Shown here piece by piece: positions 1 to 6,993 of a stretch of DNA of 18,169 nt. Source of the DNA: Bdellovibrionota bacterium FG-1 (lineage in GTDB: Bacteria > Bdellovibrionota > UBA1018); contig JBBCAW010000065.1 of NCBI GenBank assembly GCA_051382295.1, positions 1-18,169 on the forward strand, given 5' to 3'. Each line of letters starts with the position of its first letter. Within the stretch, counting starts at the first letter, position 1. Under the pieces are notes generated by a model that saw nothing but the letters and a program-made list of their open reading frames with translations, made no database searches and had not been told where the DNA came from. The position numbers and the translations under genes were made by a program.

Positions 1-105
1 GCTGCGGAAGTCCTTCAGTGAATGACTAAGTCCATCGACTCCCTTTAAATTAAAATCAGGAGCCAGAGAGCCGAGTTCACCTTTTTCAGAATAAGTAAGA
101 GCCAT
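1..105 (-). CDS. Thioredoxin-fold/peroxiredoxin-like (AhpC/TSA, PRX_like) protein, N-terminal 35 codons only; continues past the left edge
   Basis: Hand translation from ATG at 105: MALTYSEKGELGSLAPDFNLKGVDGLSHSLKDFRS. The G..APDF.L.G.DG...SL.DF start is typical of AhpC/TSA redoxins. AAGGA RBS upstream. Not in the ORF track. Confidence 0.8.
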   Translation of the reverse strand, partial: MALTYSEKGELGSLAPDFNLKGVDGLSHSLKDFRS

Positions 106-131
106 GATGTTTCCTTATGCAAAACCAGTGA

Positions 132-599
132 TCACTTAAGGCCGTTCGGTTTCTTGGGCCCCGAAAACTCGATTTCTCGCGGAACATTGCTCCCGTCAAG
201 GGCCTCCTCGGGTTTATCCTGTCGGACCTCGGCCTGTGGCGTGCTCGTGGGTTTAGCACCGGGATCCGATTTCGACTGGCCGGCCAGCTTTCCTTTCGGC
301 CTCGAACGGGTGATTTCTTTGACGGTTTTTGCGGTTTGCCGATTGATTGCAGAACTCAAGTTCTGACTCGCAGGATTGAGTGTCTGCTTCGCAAGCGCCG
401 CTTTTTGCTGGGGAGTCATTTCGGGATTAGCCTGCAAACCCTTATAAAAATCACTCTGGGCTTTGGACCAATCTTGAAGAGCTTGATCGACTTCGGAAGC
501 CCTCGCGACGGGAGTACCCACGAACCCTAGACAAAAGAGGGTCACTAACCCGTAAAATATCGCTTTGATCTCAACCTGTGTCTTGAATGACCTTGTCAT
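132..599 (-). CDS. Cassette copy 1 gene A: small exported hypothetical protein (155 aa)
   Basis: ATG at 599 with GAGGCGGGG RBS, preferred over the track start at 641. Signal peptide ends ...GTPVARA. Helical Gln/Ala-rich domain, Lys/Pro-rich linker, C-terminal LDGSNVPREIEFSGPKK. Paralog at 2970-3410. Confidence 0.85.
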   Translation of the reverse strand: MTRSFKTQVEIKAIFYGLVTLFCLGFVGTPVARASEVDQALQDWSKAQSDFYKGLQANPEMTPQQKAALAKQTLNPASQNLSSAINRQTAKTVKEITRSRPKGKLAGQSKSDPGAKPTSTPQAEVRQDKPEEALDGSNVPREIEFSGPKKPNGLK

Positions 600-634
600 A
601 ATTCCCCGCCTCACACTTAAAAAGATAATGCGAT

Positions 635-663
635 TTGTCAAAACCAGAAAACCTGATTAGAAT
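635..663 (+). promoter_or_regulatory. Putative sigma70 promoter for genes B-C, copy 1
   Basis: TTGTCA (635-640), 17-nt spacer, TAGAAT (658-663). Identical in copy 2. The -10 is one arm of the palindrome TAGAAT-GTT-ATTCTA (658-672). Confidence 0.65.
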
Positions 664-674
664 GTTATTCTAGT

Positions 675-691
675 AGCACCGATTTTGCCAA
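675..691 (-). promoter_or_regulatory. Putative sigma54 (-24/-12) promoter for gene A, copy 1
   Basis: Minus strand reads TTGGCAAAATCGGTGCT, with GG-N10-GC spacing and a partial match to TGGCAC-N5-TTGCW. Confidence 0.45.
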
Positions 692-693
692 GA

Positions 694-714
694 TTTTGGT
701 TCGGGGAACCAAAA
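694..714. repeat. Perfect 9-bp inverted repeat directly before the gene B RBS (copy 2 at 3505-3525)
   Basis: TTTTGGTTC-GGG-GAACCAAAA. Confidence 0.8.
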
Positions 715-726
715 AGGGGGAATGGC

Positions 727-1995
727 ATGAATAGAATACTCAGGGGTCAAATCCTTTTCGTTTTTATCTGTGTAGGGATTCTTGCGGGAACCCCCAGCGC
801 CGCTCGTGCTGAAACTCTCGTTGTCAAAGCGCCGTGCTCGGATGACGCTAAGAGCGGGCTTCATGGCTGCCAAGCGATATTGGTGGATGGGATTAAGCCC
901 TCAGGCCAAATGAAAACAGCGATCCCTTCAGTGGTTGCGCTTTTAACGAAAAAAGTCAAAGCACAGATTGAAGGCGACAAGCCAAATGGCATCTTCGGCT
1001 ATTACGATCACAAAGATCCAGGTTATAAGGAATTCGATAAAGACGGCCACCTCGTCACTGTCATTCCTGACGGCGAATTTGGACCGACGGTTTGTAATTT
1101 GGTCGGGGGTGGACCGTTTGAACCTAAAAAGGCAGAGGGCATGGATCCGAATCACCCAGTGGATCACCTGGGTCGTTCTTGCGGGACACCGGTAAAAAGC
1201 ATTTCCACACTCGAGAAGGATGGCGGCACACGAGTAGGAAGCTGCTTTTTGTTGGGTCCACCGCCAATTTTTCCACCCACGAATGTTTGGGTTAAAACCA
1301 CTATCGACAAGACTTGGAGCGCAGATCCCGCAAAAGCCTATGGCACGCTTGAAGACGGCTATATGCGCGGCTCACTTTTGCAGGCTACGACCTGTTTTTA
1401 CCAACAAGTCGTCAACGAAATTAAAGACAAACACCAGCTCACGGTTTCTACGGTAGGGCCCGACATCCCCAGTCCTTGCTTAATTCTTGCAAAAAACTTC
1501 AGCTTTCTTTCAAAAAGTCACCAAGACTCCGTGGCGAGCCTGGCAGGCCAGCTTCAAGGACAAGCCAATATCGAGGATATCCTCAACTTTGATAAAACCT
1601 GGGATACCACAAAAACGGGTGCTATCGACATGGGTCCCTTGAGACAAAGTGCTCAGTATCTTGCCAGCGCTCGAGGAGGCCTAGAGGTCATGTTTACTCA
1701 GTTAGCTGCTTGCGAAATTTTCACGCGGGCACAGTTTTCTTATGTCGGACACTTTGGAACGCCTGAAAAGCAAAAGGCATTCATGGACCTCATTATCTCA
1801 AAAATTGCTTCTCCTTGCTCGAGTGACTGCAAAACTAAGCTGCACCCCAGTGACAAAGATCCCTGTCATTTGCCTACGGATGAGAAAATCAGTGAATGCG
1901 CCAATACTTGTCACCAAGGAACAGTCGGAAAAGCGCTTGGAGATTATTTTAAGTCACTCTGGCCTAATAATGGGCAATGCACCGTCTTGAAATAG
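727..1995 (+). CDS. Cassette copy 1 gene B: secreted Cys-rich hypothetical protein (422 aa)
   Basis: ATG at 727 after AAGGGGG RBS. Signal peptide ends ...TPSAARA. 14 Cys in the mature part, all matched in the paralog. No family recognised. Confidence 0.85.
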   Translation: MNRILRGQILFVFICVGILAGTPSAARAETLVVKAPCSDDAKSGLHGCQAILVDGIKPSGQMKTAIPSVVALLTKKVKAQIEGDKPNGIFGYYDHKDPGYKEFDKDGHLVTVIPDGEFGPTVCNLVGGGPFEPKKAEGMDPNHPVDHLGRSCGTPVKSISTLEKDGGTRVGSCFLLGPPPIFPPTNVWVKTTIDKTWSADPAKAYGTLEDGYMRGSLLQATTCFYQQVVNEIKDKHQLTVSTVGPDIPSPCLILAKNFSFLSKSHQDSVASLAGQLQGQANIEDILNFDKTWDTTKTGAIDMGPLRQSAQYLASARGGLEVMFTQLAACEIFTRAQFSYVGHFGTPEKQKAFMDLIISKIASPCSSDCKTKLHPSDKDPCHLPTDEKISECANTCHQGTVGKALGDYFKSLWPNNGQCTVLK

Positions 1996-2014
1996 TAAGG
2001 AAGGAACGGGGTTT

Positions 2015-2950
2015 ATGAAAAAGAAAAACCAGAACAGAATAGATGTCCCCTATCTTTTTCTTGCTATCACGCTGACCTTAGGGATGAGTTTGACTTATTT
2101 GGGATGCTCTGCGTCAAAATGTGATAAAGATGCAAATGGGAATTTCTACTTAGATTGTCAGACCCCAGACGCGAAAGTTAAAACCTCAAAGTGCTCTGAC
2201 GGAACCGACCAAGTAACTACGGAACAATGCCGAACTGATGGCACTCCCGCTCCTACCCAACCCGGCAGCGGCAGCGGCCCCGGCGCAGGTGCAGGCGGAA
2301 TCACTGTTGGCAACGGTGTTGGCAAAAATATTGATAGCGCGAATGCCCTCATCGATCCCAACGCCAAACAGATCCAACTCGCGAATGTCCCCCAAGGACA
2401 AAAAGCCACCGAAGGCGGTGCCGGCGCACCCAAACCCCTCGCCCAAACTCTCCCCAACGTTTCCAGTCCTGATTTAACCGGTCGCGCGCGCAACTCCGCT
2501 CCCAACGCCGGCGGTGGAGGGAGTGACAGCGGCCAAGGCTTTGGTTTGAGCGGCCTCAAAACGAGTCCCGCCTCCGACTCCGAACAAAACGGGGGTGGGC
2601 CAACGCCAGCAGCCTCGGGCGGAGCCGAAGCTGCTTCTGCCTACAAAAGTGGGGGTGGAGCGGGATCAGCCGAAGGTGGCAATGCGGGTGGCCCACTCGG
2701 ATATGGCGCAGGAGCGGGTGTGGGAGGAGCCGAAGGCGGCAGTGGAAATACCACGATTGAAGTTGGCAAAGATAATCGACCCCTAGCCGATAACCCAACC
2801 GCTGGTACCTCAGATCCCGAAGACTACTTCACGCGGCATGGCCTTAAAGACAACCTTTTTAAGATCGTCGAGCGCAAATACCGCGAAACCACCATTCATT
2901 GGGTTCAGGTGGATTTACAGACGCCATCCAAATCAGCGCCGTTGCAGTGA
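2015..2950 (+). CDS. Cassette copy 1 gene C: putative lipoprotein with Gly/Ala/Ser-rich linker (311 aa)
   Basis: AAGGAAGGA RBS. Basic N-region, hydrophobic stretch and YLGC lipobox-like motif (Cys codon at 2105). Small Cys-containing domain, long Gly-rich region, C-terminal DYFTRHGLKDNLFKIVERKYRET. Confidence 0.85.
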   Translation: MKKKNQNRIDVPYLFLAITLTLGMSLTYLGCSASKCDKDANGNFYLDCQTPDAKVKTSKCSDGTDQVTTEQCRTDGTPAPTQPGSGSGPGAGAGGITVGNGVGKNIDSANALIDPNAKQIQLANVPQGQKATEGGAGAPKPLAQTLPNVSSPDLTGRARNSAPNAGGGGSDSGQGFGLSGLKTSPASDSEQNGGGPTPAASGGAEAASAYKSGGGAGSAEGGNAGGPLGYGAGAGVGGAEGGSGNTTIEVGKDNRPLADNPTAGTSDPEDYFTRHGLKDNLFKIVERKYRETTIHWVQVDLQTPSKSAPLQ

Positions 2951-2969
2951 AACAATCCCCGACGAGTCC

Positions 2970-3410
2970 TTATTTGCGGCCTGATTTTTTCGGGCCCGGA
3001 AACTCGATTTCTTTCGGGACATTGCTGCCATCGAGTACTACCTCAGGCTTTTGGCTCTCTGCCTCGACCGGTACGGTAGTTTTAGCCTCAGACTTCTTCG
3101 CTGCTTTTCCTTTGGGCTCGGTGATCTCTTGAATCGTTTTCGTGGTTTGCTGATTCATTGCAGAAGTAAGCTTCTCGCTTGCAGGAGTGAGTGTCTGGCG
3201 CGCCAACTCCTCCTTTTGCTGAGCTGTAATATTAGGATTAGCTCTCAGCCCAAGGTAAAAATCCCCCTGAGCTTTTGACCATTCTTGAAGAGCCTGATCG
3301 ACTTCGGAAGCCCTCGCGACGGGAGTGCCCACGAACCCTAGACAAAATAGGGTCGCTAACCCACAAAATATCGCTTTAATCTCAAACTGTGTCTCGAATG
3401 ACCTTGTCAT
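2970..3410 (-). CDS. Cassette copy 2 gene A': small exported hypothetical protein (146 aa)
   Basis: Paralog of 132-599. ATG at 3410. Same signal-peptide end and C-terminal LDGSNVPKEIEFPGPKK, with a shorter linker. Confidence 0.85.
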   Translation of the reverse strand: MTRSFETQFEIKAIFCGLATLFCLGFVGTPVARASEVDQALQEWSKAQGDFYLGLRANPNITAQQKEELARQTLTPASEKLTSAMNQQTTKTIQEITEPKGKAAKKSEAKTTVPVEAESQKPEVVLDGSNVPKEIEFPGPKKSGRK

Positions 3411-3445
3411 AATTCCTCGCCTCACACCTAAAAATATAATGCGAT

Positions 3446-3474
3446 TTGTCAAAACCAGAAAACCTGATTAGAAT
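3446..3474 (+). promoter_or_regulatory. Putative sigma70 promoter for genes B'-C', copy 2
   Basis: TTGTCA-N17-TAGAAT, identical to 635-663. Confidence 0.65.
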
Positions 3475-3537
3475 GTTATTCTAGTACCATCGATTTTGCC
3501 AAGATTTTGGTTCGGGGAACCAAAAAGGGGGAATGGC

Positions 3538-4833
3538 ATGAATAGAATACTCAGGGGTCAAATCCTTTTCGTTTTTGTCTGCGCCGGGGTTCTTATCGGA
3601 GCACCCCACCACACCCGAGCGGATGCCCCTATTGTTGTCAAAGCGCCCTGTTCAAACGATGTCAAAAGCGGACTTCACGGCTGTCAACAGATCTTGATCA
3701 GTGGAATTCCACCTTCCGGGGAAATGAAAAAAGCGGTCCCTTCGGTGATTGCCCTTTTAAAGAAACAAGTCAAAATACAGATCGAAGGCGACAAAACCAC
3801 CCAACCTCCCACTCTCGGTTATTACGACCATCACGATCCTGGCTTTATGTTCACTGTTTTCAAAAAAAACAGCAACGATGTTGCATTTCAAAGCAAATCG
3901 GACGGCCAAGACTTTGGCCCCACCATCTGCAATCTCGTGGGCGGACATCCTGATTTTGCACCTGATAAGCCCGAGGGACTAAATCCACAACGACAGGATC
4001 ACTTCAATCAATCCTGTGGAAACCCGATTCAAATTGATGCAAAATTATTGTGGGACGGTGGAACGCCCATATCAGAAAACTGTTTCGCCCCACCTATCCC
4101 CCCGTCTCCTTATCCTCTACCTCCCACTAACTTTAGAGTTGGCATTAAAATCCACAAAAACTGGGACGCCAATCCCCCACAAGGCACCCTCGAAGACGGT
4201 TATATCCGAGGGGCACTTTTGCAGGCAACGAGCTGCTTTTATCAACAGGTCATTAATGAAGTTCAAAGCAGCCATCAGATCACGATTTCTGATGTGGAAC
4301 CCAATATCCCTAGCCCTTGTCTCTGGTTAGCAAAGGACCTCGCTTTCCTCGAGAAAAGCCATCAAGACTCCATTGCTAGTCTTTCAGACAAGCTTCTAGG
4401 TCAGGCCAATATCGAGGACATCCTGAACTTTGACAAAAATTGGAGCGCCCCCAAAAAAACAGGTTCAATCGATATGGGACCGTTAAGGCAAAGTGCTCAA
4501 TATCTTGCGAGCGCCCGCGCCGGCCTCGAAGTTATGTTTACCCAATTAGCAGCTTGCGAGATTTTTGCGCGCGCCCAGTTTTCTTATCTCAGCACCTTTG
4601 GAACCCCTGATAAACAACAACAATTTATCGACTCCCTCCTTAAAAACATCGCCGATCCATGTTCGTCCCAATGCAAAAGCAAGCTCACTCATTCAGCGCT
4701 CTGTAAACCGAGCGACCAAGCCATCACTCAGTGCGCCAATGAGTGCTACCTAGAAAAGCTGCCCAGCGCGGTTGCTGTTCAATTCGGTCAATTTTGGCCT
4801 AATGACGGAAAATGCAGAGTTTTAACGCCATAA
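3538..4833 (+). CDS. Cassette copy 2 gene B': secreted Cys-rich hypothetical protein (431 aa)
   Basis: Paralog of 727-1995. ATG at 3538. Shared blocks include VVKAPCS.D.KSGLHGCQ, GTLEDGY.RG.LLQAT.CFYQQV, GQANIEDILNFDK and IDMGPLRQSAQYLASAR.GLEVMFTQLAACEIF. Confidence 0.85.
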   Translation: MNRILRGQILFVFVCAGVLIGAPHHTRADAPIVVKAPCSNDVKSGLHGCQQILISGIPPSGEMKKAVPSVIALLKKQVKIQIEGDKTTQPPTLGYYDHHDPGFMFTVFKKNSNDVAFQSKSDGQDFGPTICNLVGGHPDFAPDKPEGLNPQRQDHFNQSCGNPIQIDAKLLWDGGTPISENCFAPPIPPSPYPLPPTNFRVGIKIHKNWDANPPQGTLEDGYIRGALLQATSCFYQQVINEVQSSHQITISDVEPNIPSPCLWLAKDLAFLEKSHQDSIASLSDKLLGQANIEDILNFDKNWSAPKKTGSIDMGPLRQSAQYLASARAGLEVMFTQLAACEIFARAQFSYLSTFGTPDKQQQFIDSLLKNIADPCSSQCKSKLTHSALCKPSDQAITQCANECYLEKLPSAVAVQFGQFWPNDGKCRVLTP

Positions 4834-4847
4834 GGGGCTCTGAAAAT

Positions 4848-5750
4848 ATGACTCAAAAAAAACAGATCCAGTTGAAATTCATTTTTAAACTTTTGATCCC
4901 CGCGCTGACCGCAGCTATGAGCGTCATCTACTTGGGATGCGGGGCCCCCTTTGAATCAGGAAACCCTATCGGCCCCGTAGCAAAGGATATCCCCAAATGT
5001 CTGGATGGAAACGAGCAATTCATGCCCCCGTGCAAGACGCCTTCATCCACGCCAAGCCCCCCTGGCGGCGGAGGCGTTATTAACGCGGCCGATGGAGGAA
5101 ATGCCGCCGGCAACGGCATCATCAAAAACCTCGATAGCGCAAATACCCTCATCGATCCCAGCACCAAACCGATCCAACTCGCGAACGGCCCTCAAGGACA
5201 AAAAGCCACCGAAGGCGGTGCCGGCGCACCCAAACCCCTCACCCAAACTCTCGCCAATGTTTCAGCCCCTGATTTAACCGGTCGCGCGCGCAACTCCGCT
5301 CCCAACGCCGGCGGTGGAGGGAGTGACAGCGGCCAAGGCTTTGGCTTTTCCGGCCTCAAAACCAGCCCCGCAATCGACTCCGAGCTCGCTGGTGGCGGCC
5401 CCGCTCCAGCAGCGTCGGGTGGAGCCGAAGCCGCTTCTGCCTATAAGAGTGGCGGAGGATCCGGGTCTGCAGAAGGAGGCAATGCCGGCGGACCCCTTGG
5501 ATATGGCGCAGGTGGGGCGGCGGGAGGAGCAGAGGGCGGCAGTGGAAATCCCACCATTGAGGTTGGCAAAGACAACCGGCCACTCGCCGATAGCCCAACC
5601 GCCGGAACCTCAGACCCCGAGGACTACTTCACGCGGCATGGCCTTAAAGAAAACCTCTTTAAAATCGTCGAGCGCAAATACCGCGAGACGACCATGCATT
5701 GGGTTCAAGTGGATTTGCAAAAATCGCCGATGCCGGCGCCATTGCAGTAA
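4848..5750 (+). CDS. Cassette copy 2 gene C': putative Gly-rich lipoprotein (300 aa)
   Basis: ATG at 4848 after TAAGGGG RBS, preferred over the track start at 4812, which overlaps gene B'. YLGC motif (Cys codon at 4938). The last 213 aa align without gaps to gene C. Confidence 0.85.
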   Translation: MTQKKQIQLKFIFKLLIPALTAAMSVIYLGCGAPFESGNPIGPVAKDIPKCLDGNEQFMPPCKTPSSTPSPPGGGGVINAADGGNAAGNGIIKNLDSANTLIDPSTKPIQLANGPQGQKATEGGAGAPKPLTQTLANVSAPDLTGRARNSAPNAGGGGSDSGQGFGFSGLKTSPAIDSELAGGGPAPAASGGAEAASAYKSGGGSGSAEGGNAGGPLGYGAGGAAGGAEGGSGNPTIEVGKDNRPLADSPTAGTSDPEDYFTRHGLKENLFKIVERKYRETTMHWVQVDLQKSPMPAPLQ

Positions 5751-5777
5751 GCTTCAAGCCACAGTACCCTATTCCCT

Positions 5778-6617
5778 ATGCCACTTCTCACCCGCAATGT
5801 CGTATTCCGCCCCGCCCTTCGCCTTTCGAGTTGGCGCAAAATCGCCATCGGCACGTGGCGCACGGCGGGCGATCCCAGCGTGTATGGCGTCGTGGAGATG
5901 GATATGAGTCCCGCGCTGGCTTACCTCCAGCAAATCCAAGCCAAAACCGGCATACGTGTCACGCTCTCCCACTTTATGGGCAAGGCGCTGGCGATCACCC
6001 TCGCTCGGCACCCGGAAATCAACTGCATCCTGAGATTTGGCCGCCTGTACCCACGCACCGACGTAGATATGTTCTTTCAAGTCGCCAGTGATTCTTCAGG
6101 GAAAGACCTTTCGGGCATGACCATCCGCCGGGCAGATCAAAAATCCATCTCAGAGATCGCCACCGAGATGCAGGAACGCATCAATCGAATTCGTCAGGAC
6201 GGTGATCCCGAATTTAAAAAAATGAAAGGACTCATGGGCAGCCTCCCAGGCTGGATGAGCCGCTTTGTGCTCGGGTTTGCGGGTTTTTTTATGTACACCC
6301 TCAACCTCTGGTCGCCCCTGCTCGGAAGCCCGCGGGATCCGTTTGGAAGTGCCATGATCACCAACATTGGTTCGCTGGGGCTCGATATGGCGTTCGCGCC
6401 GCTCGTACCCTACTCCCGTGTGCCGCTGCTCATTGCGCTAGGCAGCGCTCGTGAAACACCCGTCGTGCGCGACGGCAAGCTGGCCATCGCTACGATCGCG
6501 CAACTTTGTGTCACCCTCGATCATCGGCTGATCGATGGCATGCACGCGAGCCAGATGTCCCGCACGCTCCATCAGATTTTTGCCAACCCTGAAAAAGAAA
6601 TCGGGCCTATTTATTAA
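5778..6617 (+). CDS. Stand-alone 2-oxoacid dehydrogenase E2-like acyltransferase catalytic domain (PF00198-like); no lipoyl or E3-binding domain
   Basis: DHRLIDG matches the HxxxDG catalytic motif. GSAMITNIGSLG and LSSWRKIAIGTW match the E2 core. Only 279 aa. Confidence 0.88.
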   Translation: MPLLTRNVVFRPALRLSSWRKIAIGTWRTAGDPSVYGVVEMDMSPALAYLQQIQAKTGIRVTLSHFMGKALAITLARHPEINCILRFGRLYPRTDVDMFFQVASDSSGKDLSGMTIRRADQKSISEIATEMQERINRIRQDGDPEFKKMKGLMGSLPGWMSRFVLGFAGFFMYTLNLWSPLLGSPRDPFGSAMITNIGSLGLDMAFAPLVPYSRVPLLIALGSARETPVVRDGKLAIATIAQLCVTLDHRLIDGMHASQMSRTLHQIFANPEKEIGPIY

Positions 6618-6906
6618 GGGAGTATCGGTATTGTTTCGCCGCGATCCGCTTCATCGGACTCGCTAAACGAGAGGGAAGCTTTTCGCGGTAATGAGGCTGT
6701 ATATTCGAAAGTCGTTTGAGATCGCCATCAAAGTCCGGCTTAGCTTCGCGGCCGGCTTTGATTTCTGAAAGCCGCTCATAAATGGCCGTATCGTCCGTGA
6801 CCCTCATCTGACGTACAGAAGAAGGAACCGCCCCGCGGGCGATGGAAAGCGACGTCAGACTAATCACCATGCCACCGTATAGAATCCAAAAATTTTTATT
6901 GGTCAT
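6607..6906 (-). CDS. Small secreted hypothetical protein (99 aa)
   Basis: AGGAG RBS, signal-peptide-like N-terminus and a strong sigma54-type promoter upstream. The 3' end overlaps the convergent E2-like gene by 11 nt. Confidence 0.75.
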   Translation of the reverse strand: MTNKNFWILYGGMVISLTSLSIARGAVPSSVRQMRVTDDTAIYERLSEIKAGREAKPDFDGDLKRLSNIQPHYREKLPSRLASPMKRIAAKQYRYSLNK

Positions 6907-6976
6907 TGTTTAAACTCCTACTGACTCAAGGGGCTTATTCTCCCAGCACAATACTGAGTAAGCCCGCTCGCCCTAG

Positions 6977-6993
6977 AGCAAGTTGAATGCCAA
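6977..6993 (-). promoter_or_regulatory. Sigma54 (-24/-12) promoter for the 99-aa gene
   Basis: Minus strand TTGGCATTCAACTTGCT is a near-consensus TGGCAC-N5-TTGCW. IHF-like sequences lie upstream (TAACCCATTGAAT at 7019-7031). Confidence 0.75.

Larger units (their letters stand above)
132..2950. repeat. Tandem duplication unit 1 (genes A, B, C)
   Basis: Homologous to 2970-5750. Offset is 2811 bp at the A/B starts and 2800 bp across the 3' part of gene C. Identical blocks include 680-765 = 3491-3576 and 2468-2544 = 5268-5344. Confidence 0.95.
2970..5750. repeat. Tandem duplication unit 2 (genes A', B', C')
   Basis: Direct comparison with 132-2950 shows the same gene order, orientation and intergenic region. 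Confidence 0.95.

Noticed and set aside
1897..1914. CANTCH in gene B as a heme c attachment site
   Set aside because: It is CX3CH rather than CXXCH, and the paralog has CANECY with no His ligand.
132..5750. Duplication as an assembly artefact
   Set aside because: The copies differ by many substitutions and in-frame indels while all six ORFs stay intact. A mis-assembled single locus would be near-identical throughout.
2158..5907. Alternative-frame and antisense ORFs over genes C and C' (e.g. 2158-2559, 2556-2798, 5314-5907, 5356-5598), some present in both copies
   Set aside because: They are expected shadows of GC-rich Gly/Ala/Pro codons. Their recurrence follows from the duplication, and they show no recognisable motifs.
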